From positions 352,001-416,000 of the forward strand of contig CAVWVQ010000003.1 in assembly GCA_963758525.1 (NCBI GenBank): a stretch of 64,000 bases of DNA, written 5' to 3'. Origin of the DNA: an uncultured Phycisphaerales bacterium. GTDB taxonomy: Bacteria > Planctomycetota > Phycisphaerae > Tepidisphaerales > Tepidisphaeraceae. The position numbers and the translations under genes are program-made. Numbering within the stretch: the first letter of the stretch is position 1; every line of letters starts with the position of its first letter. The notes below the pieces were generated by a model. The model was given only the letters and a program-made list of their open reading frames with translations, ran no database searches and was not told where the DNA came from. Positions 53,005 to 62,868 of this stretch are shown here, piece by piece.

Positions 53005-54821
53005 ATGGAACTGCCCCGCCGCGCTCGTGGAGACGAGACGCTCAAACCCGGCGAACTGCTCGCCATTCGGAGCCGGCTGCGGCAGGTGGCGCCGGCTCAT
53101 GATCTGGCCACGGTGATCGCCTGCGCGTTTGATCATCGCACGCGCATGCTGCCGTTCATTTACGCCGACACGCATATGGCCCCGGCGGGCGTGCGCGGAA
53201 TCGGCTCGGCGATGGTCGACGCGGGCTTTGCCAAGACGCGCATTGTGTTGCAGCAGTGGAACAAACATTTCCGACCGTCGCGAATGCAGGTGGATGGACG
53301 GATTCCCGATTTGTTCATGGTGTCGAGCATGGGCCTGCACTCGGGCCAGTGCATGGAACTCATCCGCGATGCCCGGCGGATCGATGCCGCCCGGCGGCCG
53401 CTGATCATCGCGGGCGGACCGCACGCGGTGTATCAGCCCTACGAACTTTTCAGCACGGATCCCACTGATCCCAACGGCGCGGACGTTGCCGTCACCGGCG
53501 AAGAATTTGTTCTCATGAGTTTGCTCGAGGTGCTCCTGTCGATGCGCGCCAGCGGCGAGTCGATGCGGTCGGTTTTCTACAGGGCCCGCGACGCGGGAGC
53601 GCTGAGCGAAATCCCCGGTCTGATGTATCCCCGCGGCAGGATGGACGGGCCGGCCGAGGAATTGATCGACACCGGCGTGCAGCGGCTGGTCAGCAATCTC
53701 GACGAACTGCCGGATTCGGTCATCGGTTATCGTCTGCTGGAAGCACCAGCCGTCGCGAGACGCTTGCGAGCCAAGCCCTGGAAGCGAATCGAATCAACAA
53801 GCTCAGCCCGATCAGCTCGATCGTGCTGACCTTCGGCTGCAAATTCAATTGCCCCTACTGCCCGATCCCCGCTTATAACCAGCGTCAGCACCGCCTGAAA
53901 AGTCCGGGACGGATTGCCGAGGAGATGGGGCGACTCAATTCAGAGTATGGGCTGAAGCATTTCTTCGGAGCGGATGACAACTTTTTCAACCACAAGGCCC
54001 GCACGCTCGATATCGTCGAGACGCTGAACCGGGCGGAGGTGGACGGCAAGCCGCTGCGGAAACGCATCCGCTGGTACACAGAAGTAACGGTCCACGACAC
54101 GCTGCAAATGAAGGAGCATCTGCCGTTGGTGCACGACGCGGGGTGTCGCGCTCTGTGGCTGGGCGTGGAGGACATGACCGCCAAGCTTGTGAACAAAGGA
54201 CAGTCGGTCAACAAGACTACCGAGGCTTTTAACAGCCTGCGCAACGCGGGCATCTGCCCGATGCCAATGATGATGCACCACGACAGCCAGCCGCTCTATT
54301 CGCACGGGAGCAACTACGGCCTGCTGAACCAGATCAATCTGCTGCGAAAGGCCGGAGCTGTCTCGCTGCAGGTGCTGATGATGACGCCGTCGGCCGGCAC
54401 AAAACTCTACGAGGGAACATTCACCAACGGGCAAGTGCTGAAGCGCGTCGGCGGCCGCAGCGTCGATCCGCACATGTACGACGGCAATTACGTGATCGCC
54501 AGCAGCCACAAGCGCCCCTGGAAAAAGCAGCTCAATCTGCTGACTGCGTACGCATTTTTCTACAATCCATATCGGCTCGCGGTCCTGCTCCTGCGGGGAA
54601 AAACGAAGGTGTCTGATAAAGCCGCCGGCATGCAGATCATCGGGATGCTGGGCGTGATTCAAACCGCCCGCCGGACTTTCGGCTGGGCGGTTCGGCTGAT
54701 GCTGGGAAGGATCGAGCGCCTCTCAGAGCCGCCGGCCAGCGCCGTGGCGACGCGGAGCAGTTGCGAGAGTGCGGTTGTCAGTCCGGGGTTAGTGCAAATC
54801 TCGGTGCAGCACGCTCATTGA
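53005..54821 (+). CDS. B12-binding radical SAM protein (frameshift near 53747)
   Basis: IIAGGPHA..GE, GCKFNCPYC (CxxxCxxC), DDNFF and LGVED. Confidence 0.88.
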
Positions 54822-54893
54822 TCGGACCGGTTCCTCAGCATGAACGCCCAGCCAGATTCTCGAGAGGGTTTCACATGCCTCACATAACTTCGC

Positions 54894-55200
54894 CTATTTC
54901 CACGGCAATCGCGCTCCGTGTCGAAATCTGACGACGCGAACCTCGCCGGCTGCGTCGTCGACTCGATAGTGAATCAGGTAGGTGCCTTCAAAAACGAAAT
55001 TTATGAACGGGGTAGCCCAACTCCTTCGATGCACCGTCGTCGACCGCGTGGCCTTGGAAATCACCCAAGCCATTCATCGCGGCCCGCAATCGATCCTCCC
55101 AAGCGAGCGCGTTGTCGATGGAATCCTGTGCGATGTTGAGCACTTGCCGCAAAATTTCTTCTTCGACGAAGGGAGAAATCTGAACGGGGCGACGTTTCAC
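54894..55200 (-). CDS. RelE/ParE family toxin (one extra T near 55000 truncates the called ORF)
   Basis: The N-half IAQDSIDNALAW joins FVFEGTYLIHYRVDD..VRVVRFRHGARLPWK* in the adjacent frame; overlaps the antitoxin stop (GTGA). Confidence 0.8.
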
Positions 55201-55508
55201 GTCGCTGCCTTGCTTGGAGTGACTTTCATCGCAAGCAACTTTGCTCGCAGCTCGCCAAAAAATTCATCGACTGGCCGCCCCTTGCCCTCGTCGAATTCCT
55301 TCATCGCTCTACGGATCGCGGTCACATCCCGCGCAACTTCGATCTCCCGGGCCAACTCGTCATAGACGGCGGGGGAAATCAAGACAGCGCGCGCCTCCCC
55401 GTTGACCGTGAGAATCTCCGCATCGCCGGTCTTGTTGAGGCGCTCCATTGTCGCGGCAGCAGTTTTCCGGAACTCGGATAACGATTGAGTGCGTTCGGTG
55501 GCGAGCAT
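55197..55508 (-). CDS. Phd/YefM family antitoxin
   Basis: SLSEFRK..MERL..TG.AEILTVNG.A.AVL..YDEL. Confidence 0.88.
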   Translation of the reverse strand: MLATERTQSLSEFRKTAAATMERLNKTGDAEILTVNGEARAVLISPAVYDELAREIEVARDVTAIRRAMKEFDEGKGRPVDEFFGELRAKLLAMKVTPSKAAT

Positions 55509-55526
55509 CAGGACCTCATTTGTTGG

Positions 55527-55566
55527 ATACTAAATTAAGTATGCCACCTTTCCGCAATCGGCTCAA
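55527..55566 (-). promoter_or_regulatory. Toxin-antitoxin promoter with overlapping palindromic operator
   Basis: On the - strand, TTGAGC-N17-CATACT; near-palindrome ATACT-AAATT-AAGTAT at 55527-55542 overlaps the -10. Confidence 0.6.
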
Positions 55567-55674
55567 GCTTTCCTTTCCTGCTCACACTTTTTCCATCGGC
55601 TTATTGAAGTCGTGACATGCTTAAACTGCTGATGCAGGCAGCGATCTCAACCCATGTCTGCTATCGGTGAAGAA

Positions 55675-56868
55675 TCACCGCCGCCGGCGTCCGAAGAAAC
55701 CGGCTCCGTCGAAGAAGGGGAACCCCTGGAATCCGCCGAAGGAGGTGCCGAAGAGGTCGCCGCCGTCGTCCGGCGGCGTGGTGGGATTGCCGTCCTGGTC
55801 GACGGAGATCGTCATGTTGAAAGTAAAGCTCTTGCCGCTCGAGCCGGTCTTGCTTGCGCTGACGTTGACGCTGTAAACGGTGGTGCCGTTCGCTTCGTCG
55901 TAAACCTGGACGCTCTGCGTGCCGGCGATTGGCGTGGTGACGCCATTGTCGGCCGCAAGGGTATTGATCGCATCCTGCACGGTTGACGTGAGGGCGGAGA
56001 AGGTGGTTGTCGTGTGGCTGGGAAGTTTTGTCAGCGTGCCGGCGGCATTGACGGTGACGGTGGTCGAGGTGCCGCTGGTCGTGAAGGTTGTGGAGTAGGT
56101 GAGGACTCCGTCGTTGGTGCGGATGCTGACATTCTGGGTCGAGGTGGTCGCCAACGCATCAGCGCCCGAGGGCCGGGCAGTATTCAAGGCCGTCTGAATG
56201 GTTGTGGGAACAACCGAGAACGGAAGGTTTTCATTGCCGACGGGATTGCCGTTGGCGTCGATGGTGAAGGTTCGGCCGCCGAAGCGCGAGGTGGTGGAAC
56301 TTGTTGCTGGCGTGAAATGCAGCGTGTAGACGGCAGTCCCGCCGGCCGGGGTGCTGACGTGGATGTTGGCCGTCGAGGTGGGAACGGTCAGGTTCAGCGC
56401 CGTGGCAATGGCGCTGGCTTCGGTAGCGACGGCAGAGGGAAGTGTGCCCTCGGTTGTTGTGCTGTTGGCGGGCGCGGTCACGGCATGCCCGTTCTGGTCC
56501 ACGGTGAGAACCGATGTAGTGCCGGTCCCGCTCAAGTTGATCGAATAGGTCTCGATGCCGTTACGGTTGCCCAACAAAACCGTCTGCGTCGAGGTGAGCG
56601 CCGGGGGAGTCAGGCCGTCCTGAGTGGCGAGATTGTCCAGCCCGGTTTGAACCGCGGCAGGCGCCTGGCTGAACTCAACGGAGTTGAGTCCGTGACCAAA
56701 TCCGCCGCGCCCGAAGCCGCCGCCACCGAAACCAAAGCCTCCGAAGCCGAATCCGCCGCCGCCCAAGCCGTGATGAAAAAGCACGCGGTGTTCCAGGCAT
56801 TCCACGGTGATTCCCCTTCCTTGGAGCTGCCGTCGGATATCACGGGTCACTCGGTTTCGATACAGCAT
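55675..56868 (-). CDS. Thr-rich extracellular protein with LEPR-XLL-like N-terminal motif and internal repeats
   Basis: VECLEHRVL near the N-terminus; FS..P..VQ..L repeats; Gly/Phe tracts at both ends. Confidence 0.75.
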   Translation of the reverse strand: MLYRNRVTRDIRRQLQGRGITVECLEHRVLFHHGLGGGGFGFGGFGFGGGGFGRGGFGHGLNSVEFSQAPAAVQTGLDNLATQDGLTPPALTSTQTVLLGNRNGIETYSINLSGTGTTSVLTVDQNGHAVTAPANSTTTEGTLPSAVATEASAIATALNLTVPTSTANIHVSTPAGGTAVYTLHFTPATSSTTSRFGGRTFTIDANGNPVGNENLPFSVVPTTIQTALNTARPSGADALATTSTQNVSIRTNDGVLTYSTTFTTSGTSTTVTVNAAGTLTKLPSHTTTTFSALTSTVQDAINTLAADNGVTTPIAGTQSVQVYDEANGTTVYSVNVSASKTGSSGKSFTFNMTISVDQDGNPTTPPDDGGDLFGTSFGGFQGFPFFDGAGFFGRRRR

Positions 56869-57126
56869 GATCGCCTCCGTTTTTCTTAAGGTTCGCCCTT
56901 ATGTCTTCGCGCCCGATCGGCTGAAAGCTCGTCCGCTTCCCGACGACATAGTTCCGGGGATTTGGGAAAATCTTCCCGAAGATCCGGATTTCTCCATTGA
57001 ATCTGTACAACCTGCCATGGGTTCAGTTGCCAGCCGGCCCAATGCACCGGCACCTGTTGCCCCTGGATGTTAATGGCAAAGTGTGCCGCGCCAAGGTAAA
57101 AATCGCCTCGCTGCCGGCGCTTTGTC

Positions 57127-57729
57127 ATGTGCTTTACCTATTCGAGACCTCTTTCTTTCTCGCTGGCCGTGGTGTCAGTGCTGGGCTGTGCCCAAGACCA
57201 TGTCAACCCGGCGATTGCGCGACCCGAGCTGGCCGTCGTCCGCATCTCCAGCACGCGGTTGGGCTCAAATCCGGGTTGCGGCTTCTTGATCTCGGCCAAC
57301 GGATTGCTGGTCACCACAGCCCGTCTGGCCGCCGGTGACGCCGCAATCGGTGTCACGCTCGCCGACGGGCGAAATCGCGTCGCGACGTTCGTGGAGGAGG
57401 ATCGGGAGGCAGACGTGGCCGTTCTAAAAATCGCCGGGGACAATTACCCCTTTCTGACGCTGCGCAACGATGACAGCGAACCGGTGATGCACATCCGCAT
57501 CGTCGAGCCAACGGGCATCTCCTACGGCCTGTTTGACCGGTGGGAGAACTCGGGCCAGGCGATGGGATTTACCTCGCGCGCCATGCCCGCCGACGCCGGC
57601 GCACCACTGCTGGCCGACGACGGAAGCGCGATCGGCGTCGTCCGCAAAGCGCCGACAAATTCCACGTCGCCGCAACTGGCGACGCCGATCTGGCATGTAA
57701 TCCGGATGCTGCCGGCGCCGGCGAAGTGA
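57127..57729 (+). CDS. Trypsin-like (HtrA-type) protease-domain lipoprotein with degenerate catalytic triad
   Basis: LG^C lipobox; GCGFLIS.NGLLVTTAR, DVAVLKI and PADAGAPLL..G..IGV. Confidence 0.75.
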   Translation: MCFTYSRPLSFSLAVVSVLGCAQDHVNPAIARPELAVVRISSTRLGSNPGCGFLISANGLLVTTARLAAGDAAIGVTLADGRNRVATFVEEDREADVAVLKIAGDNYPFLTLRNDDSEPVMHIRIVEPTGISYGLFDRWENSGQAMGFTSRAMPADAGAPLLADDGSAIGVVRKAPTNSTSPQLATPIWHVIRMLPAPAK

Positions 57730-57768
57730 ATGCTATTCTCCGCATTCGACTGGTATATCATCCATAGC

Positions 57769-59649
57769 ATGAACCGACCGCTCGCCCACTGCTTTTTTCT
57801 CACCATCCTGAGCCTCGCGGCCTCGTTCGCCGGCGCGCAACCTGCGCCTCATGCAAAGCTGTTGGACGCGGCGTTCAACACCAGCGCGCTCCAACCCGGC
57901 CAACAGGCGGTCGCGGCGATCGAACTGGAAATTTCCGAAGGATTCCATGCCCAATCGCATACGCCGTCGGAGCCGACGTTCATCAAATTCGTTGCCAAGG
58001 CGGATGCCGCTGCCGCGCTCACCGCCTACGACCCCATCTATCCGCCTGGCGAAGAGAAGAATTATCCCAACTTGGGAAAGCTCAACGTCTACGCGGGCCG
58101 GGTGATCATCTTTATCCCCGTGCAAGTGAAAAGCGACGCAGCCACCGGCGCGCTCAAATTCTCCGGCACCCTGCGATACCAATGTTGTGACGAGAACGCG
58201 TGCTATCCGCCGACGAAAACACCGTTCACGATCGAGACGACGATCGTGGCGGCGGGACAAAAGGTGAAGGCGCAGAAGCCGGAGCTGTTCAAGGACTTTG
58301 ATCCGACGGTGTTCTCACATCTCCTGCCCGCGACGCGACCGGCCACGCGGCCGACGACGGCTCCCGCAATCGGCGCGGCCGGCGGCGGCGGGCACGCCGC
58401 CGGGCCAACGATCCTGGGGCTCCAGTTGACCGATACCTCATATTTGCTCGCGTTCTGCGCGGCATTTGTCGTGGGGATTATTTTCAATGCGGTGCCGTGC
58501 GTGCTTCCCGTGCTCCCCCTCAAGGCGATCGGGTTTTACGAAGCGTCGCATCACAGCCGGGCGAAGAGTCTGGCATTCGGCGGGTTCTTCAGCGCGGGAC
58601 TCATTGCCTGCTTTGGGGTCCTGGCGCTGCTGGTCGTGGTGCCGCGCTCCGGACACCAACTCGCCTGGGGAGAGCTGTACAGCTACCCGTGGTTCATCAT
58701 CACGATCTCGCTGATCCTTCTTGTGATGGCGATTAGCACGTTTGGAGTATTTACAATCAATCTGCCGCCGGCGATTTACAGCGTGACGCCAAGGCATGAC
58801 ACCTATCTTGGAAACTTCCTCTTCGGCTTTCTGACGGCCGTGCTCTCGACGCCCTGCACCATTGGCATGTTTGTATTGCTGCTGGCGTGGGCAACGCGTC
58901 AGCCGCCGCTCGTGGGGATGCTGCTGGTGATGACCGTCGGCGCGGGGATGGCGTCTCCCTACTTCCTCCTCAGCGCGTTTCCGGAAGTTGCCCGCAAGTT
59001 CCCGCGCACCGGGCCGTGGGCGGAACTGGTCAAGCAGATGATGAGCTTTCTGCTGCTCGCCTCCGTGTTCTATTTCGCCCGCCGGTATGTGCAGGATGTG
59101 ACAGGATCGGATGGATCGTGGTGGGTGCTGTTCGGGGTGGCGTTAATCGCGGGGGGATATCTGCTTTTCCGCGCGTTCACCCTCTCGGCAAAGCTCCTGC
59201 CGCGCGTGATCGCGGTTTGCATCGCCGCGGCGATCGTTGTTCCCTCGTTTTGGTTTGTGAGGGAGGCCGTGAGTCAGCCTTATGTTTGGAAGCCGTATTC
59301 CGCGACGGCACTCATCGACTCCCGCGCAGCCCACCGCGTGGCGCTCGTGGAATTCACTGCGAAATGGTGCGGGAACTGCCAGTATCTTGAAACGTTTGTA
59401 TTGCACGACAAGACGATCGTTTCGGCCGTGAAAGCGCACGATGTCGAGATGCTCAAGGCCGACCTCACGGCGGACGATGCGCCGGGCTGGGCGCTGCTTA
59501 AAGAGCTCAATCCAGTCGCCGCGATTCCGTTTACCGCCGTCTATCCGCCGGGAACGGAAGAGCCGGTACATCTGAGCGGGATTTACTCGACGAACGATTT
59601 GCGCAACGCGATCGATCAGGCGGCGGATACATCGCTGGCGATGAAATAG
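57769..59649 (+). CDS. DsbD-like thiol:disulfide interchange protein (N-domain + TM + thioredoxin)
   Basis: YQCCDENACYPP, PCVLPVLP, STPCT and FTAKWCGNC. Confidence 0.9.
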   Translation: MNRPLAHCFFLTILSLAASFAGAQPAPHAKLLDAAFNTSALQPGQQAVAAIELEISEGFHAQSHTPSEPTFIKFVAKADAAAALTAYDPIYPPGEEKNYPNLGKLNVYAGRVIIFIPVQVKSDAATGALKFSGTLRYQCCDENACYPPTKTPFTIETTIVAAGQKVKAQKPELFKDFDPTVFSHLLPATRPATRPTTAPAIGAAGGGGHAAGPTILGLQLTDTSYLLAFCAAFVVGIIFNAVPCVLPVLPLKAIGFYEASHHSRAKSLAFGGFFSAGLIACFGVLALLVVVPRSGHQLAWGELYSYPWFIITISLILLVMAISTFGVFTINLPPAIYSVTPRHDTYLGNFLFGFLTAVLSTPCTIGMFVLLLAWATRQPPLVGMLLVMTVGAGMASPYFLLSAFPEVARKFPRTGPWAELVKQMMSFLLLASVFYFARRYVQDVTGSDGSWWVLFGVALIAGGYLLFRAFTLSAKLLPRVIAVCIAAAIVVPSFWFVREAVSQPYVWKPYSATALIDSRAAHRVALVEFTAKWCGNCQYLETFVLHDKTIVSAVKAHDVEMLKADLTADDAPGWALLKELNPVAAIPFTAVYPPGTEEPVHLSGIYSTNDLRNAIDQAADTSLAMK

Positions 59650-59743
59650 CCGCCGAAATTGGAGGGTCGAAGCTCGAATTATCGAATCGAATCCAAGGTC
59701 GAAGCTCGAAAATCCGAATCACTTCATTGCAAAATTGTCATCT

Positions 59744-60199
59744 TTACCAGTTCACTGGGAACCAACTCAGATATCGAGCCAACGCACTGCGGCAGCTCGG
59801 AAAGTCGAATCGCGCGTCACGCAAGCTTTCGTGGATCACGTCGTTTCGATACTCGCGGATTTGATGCGCGGCCGCGAGGTGAGCGCGGTTCATCTGGAGC
59901 CGGCGCGCTATGCTTTCCATCAGATCAGACATTGGCGGCTCCGTGTTGCGGTTCAAGCCGCGCAGCCAATAGTCTCTGAGCGTCGCTTTAAATTCCGAGA
60001 ACAGCCGCAAGGTAAAAGTGATTTCCAGATTCGCCGCGCAGCGATCCAGTTGGGATTCAGTAATACCTCCCCGAATTGCGGCGTCGAGTACCGTACGATC
60101 GCTGTTCCACACCGCGAGAACGTGCTTGATGGCAAGTCGCCCGGCCTCGAATTCGTCACGAACTCGAACGAGCATGTTGAACGCATATTCGCGTGTCAT
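59744..60199 (-). CDS. HEPN-domain protein (putative RNase)
   Basis: All-helical; IREYRNDVIH matches the R-x4-H HEPN motif. Confidence 0.7.
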   Translation of the reverse strand: MTREYAFNMLVRVRDEFEAGRLAIKHVLAVWNSDRTVLDAAIRGGITESQLDRCAANLEITFTLRLFSEFKATLRDYWLRGLNRNTEPPMSDLMESIARRLQMNRAHLAAAHQIREYRNDVIHESLRDARFDFPSCRSALARYLSWFPVNW

Positions 60200-60200
60200 C

Positions 60201-60596
60201 TCAGCTCAGGAGGTCGCGGGCAAGTTGAGCGTAGCTTTGTTGATTCCACGGAATTCGCAGGGGCACGTTCGAATCGGTCATGATTTGCCAGGTCTCCTCG
60301 CCGATGAGTTTGACCCGGTTCAACGTTGGATATCCCATCAGATCGACCCGCCCATCGCCGCTGCCGCCGAATAGTGCGATCGGTTCCAAACGCAATTCCC
60401 CTCCGGGAAGTCTTATGTTGAGTTTTGGTGCTTCGTACTCCCCTAAAATCTTGTCGCGAAGAAGCTTTGGCGATCGTTCAACACTCCAGCCTTCCGCTAC
60501 CGACCAACCTTCGATCTGAGCGACCAGCGCCTCCACGCGAGCAATCCACTGATCGCGCCGCTGTTGCAGAACTGGATCAACAAGGCTCTGGGTCAC
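60201..60596 (-). CDS. Hypothetical protein coupled to the HEPN gene
   Basis: AAGGAG RBS before the GTG; stop 1 nt before the HEPN ATG. Confidence 0.75.
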   Translation of the reverse strand: MTQSLVDPVLQQRRDQWIARVEALVAQIEGWSVAEGWSVERSPKLLRDKILGEYEAPKLNIRLPGGELRLEPIALFGGSGDGRVDLMGYPTLNRVKLIGEETWQIMTDSNVPLRIPWNQQSYAQLARDLLS

Positions 60597-60702
60597 CGGG
60601 GCTCCTTGACGGTGCCATTATAGGAACGCCATCGCGAGAAATGAAACACGCTTGCAAGTCAGTGACAGCGGCTCCATTGCCGAACCCTGGACCTCCGCCG
60701 GC

Positions 60703-61848
60703 TCAGAACAATTCCGCCAGCACCTTTTGCGCCGCCCCGACACCTGCGCCAAAGTTGACTGGTTTCCCTGCACCCTTCAATACATGCTCAATCGCCGCCA
60801 CAACCGCCAGCGCATCGTAGGCGTCGCTGTAGCCCATGTGATTGACGCGGAAGATCTGGCCTTCCATCGTGCCTTGGCCGCCGGCGATGTGAATGTTGTG
60901 CTTGCTCTTGAGCGCGCCGCGGAATTCCTTGTCCGTCACTCCAGCGGGATAACGCACAGCCGTCACGGAATCGGCCGGCTTCTTGGAGAAGAGCTCAAAA
61001 CCCAGTGCCTTGACGCCCTGGCGAAATGCTTCGGCCGTCAGGTGCGTGCGCTTGCAGACCATCGGAATCGTCTCCGACTCAATCATTTTCAAGCTCACGC
61101 GCAGCGCTTCGATCAGGGTGTTGGCGGGTGTGAACGGCGTGTCGCCGTCGGTGATGCTCTTCTTATATTTCTTGAGATCGAGATAGAAATCCTTCTGGCC
61201 TTTGTTGGCTTCAACAGCGGCCCACGCGCGGTCGGAGAGGGCGACGAACGACAGGCCCGGCGGGAGCATCAGGGCTTTCTGGCTGCCGGTGATGGCAACG
61301 TCGACGCCCCACTCGTCCATCTTGAAGGGCATGGCGCCGATGCTGGTGATGCCGTCGACGATCAGCAGCGTCTCGCCCGAGGCGCGCACCGCTTTGCCGA
61401 TATTTTCCAGGTCGCAGACGGTGCCGGTGCTGGTCTCGGAGTGAACGAGAATTACTGCGTCGTACTTCGCGGCCTTGAGCTCGGTTGCGATCTGCTCGGG
61501 CGTGACGTGGTCGCCGTACTCGACTTTGATGTCCTTGTGCTCGATCCCGTAAGTCGTGCAGACCTGCGACCAGCGCTCTGCGAATTTGCCGTTGGTGACC
61601 ACCAGCGCCTTCTTGCCGGGAGCAAGCGCATTGACGATGCCCGCTTCCGCGGCGGCGGTGCCGGAGCCGGTGATGGTGTATACCGTCGACTTGGTCTGAT
61701 AGACGTTCTGCAGCAGTTTCTGCACCTCGTTGAAGAGCGCGCGAAACTCGCCGGTGCGGTGATGGTGCACGGGCTTGGCCAACTCGAGCAACGTCGCCTC
61801 GGGGACACTGGTCGGGCCGGGGGTGAAAAGGCGGTATTTCATCAACAT
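60703..61848 (-). CDS. Class V PLP aminotransferase (alanine-glyoxylate/serine-pyruvate type)
   Basis: LFTPGPT, VHSETSTG, VDGITS, GSQKALMLPPG and FRVNHMG. Confidence 0.92.
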   Translation of the reverse strand: MLMKYRLFTPGPTSVPEATLLELAKPVHHHRTGEFRALFNEVQKLLQNVYQTKSTVYTITGSGTAAAEAGIVNALAPGKKALVVTNGKFAERWSQVCTTYGIEHKDIKVEYGDHVTPEQIATELKAAKYDAVILVHSETSTGTVCDLENIGKAVRASGETLLIVDGITSIGAMPFKMDEWGVDVAITGSQKALMLPPGLSFVALSDRAWAAVEANKGQKDFYLDLKKYKKSITDGDTPFTPANTLIEALRVSLKMIESETIPMVCKRTHLTAEAFRQGVKALGFELFSKKPADSVTAVRYPAGVTDKEFRGALKSKHNIHIAGGQGTMEGQIFRVNHMGYSDAYDALAVVAAIEHVLKGAGKPVNFGAGVGAAQKVLAELF

Positions 61849-62642
61849 GGTCGGTTCTCCTGCAAAGCTTCGGTCCACTGCTGTTTTAAGAACGACAAAA
61901 CGTGCTTCCCGCCATCGGGAAATTGAGCCAGGTCATTTGACTCGACGGTTATCAGCCCAGAGTAGTTGCCGCGCTGCAGGACGGCAAACAGCGGGCGGTA
62001 ATCGTGTTGTGCGGTTTCTCCGGGAGACCGGCGATCCGCGACGTCCGCGACATGCACGTGGGCGATCCACGGCATCGCCTCCTCGACGTGGGTTATCGGC
62101 TCATTCTCCAGCCATAGGTGATAACTGTCGACCAGACACCTGCACGCCGGATGGTTCACCGCGCGGACGTATTCCATTGCCTCGGCAACAGAATTTATAA
62201 TGTTCGATTCGCCACGATTCATCGGCTCCAGGACGAGGGTAATTCCGCGAGCGGCGCAGATGTCGCTCGCCATCGTGCAAAATGTGATGATCTGATCGCG
62301 AGCGCGACCACGGTCAAACCCGTCGGGCACCGAGCGAGCCGGGCCGCTGCCAAACACGAGGACTTGAATACCTGCCTCGCGCGCGCGATTGGCGATGATC
62401 GTCATATACTTCCGCAGCGCGTCGGCGTCCACCGCCGGCCCCGTGACCTTCAACTCCGGCGGCAGCAGTCGATTGGCCGCAGGGACTGGCAAGGGTGACG
62501 ACCGGGCAAGCTTTGCGCCGGTCCACTGCGAATCGGGAACTTGCACCGACAGAAAGTTCAGAACGATCTCCTCCACGAAATCCCAACCCGCCGCCGCGGC
62601 AACCGCGGTGCGTTCGATGGGAATACAAACTCCAAACCGCAA
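61842..62642 (-). CDS. Sugar phosphate isomerase/epimerase (xylose isomerase-like TIM barrel)
   Basis: GWDFVE, VFGSG.AR, LEPMN..E, DSYH, HVHVAD and TVE; TTG start with AGGAG RBS. Confidence 0.88.
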   Translation of the reverse strand: MRFGVCIPIERTAVAAAAGWDFVEEIVLNFLSVQVPDSQWTGAKLARSSPLPVPAANRLLPPELKVTGPAVDADALRKYMTIIANRAREAGIQVLVFGSGPARSVPDGFDRGRARDQIITFCTMASDICAARGITLVLEPMNRGESNIINSVAEAMEYVRAVNHPACRCLVDSYHLWLENEPITHVEEAMPWIAHVHVADVADRRSPGETAQHDYRPLFAVLQRGNYSGLITVESNDLAQFPDGGKHVLSFLKQQWTEALQENRPC

Positions 62643-62790
62643 TTCCGGCTCCTGATGCAAAGCGAAGATCATAGGAAAACCCAGCCGGCGCTGCCAGTCG
62701 ATCCGGGCGATCAAGGAAATGGAAGAGTTGCAAATTGAGGATTGCAAATTGCAAACTGCTTCATGCCGTGTCGCGGCAGCGACTCCTCCC

Positions 62791-62847
62791 CTTCGTGCCT
62801 CCGTGCCTCCGTGCCTTCGTGCCTCCGTGCCTCTGTGCCTCCGTGCC
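62791..62847. repeat. Tandem octamer CCT(C/T)CGTG, about seven copies
   Basis: Read directly; the inverse form occurs at about 17812-17845 and a related CCTTCGCG array at about 2048-2078. Confidence 0.8.
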
Positions 62848-62868
62848 CCTCCTCCCCTCGTGCCTGAT

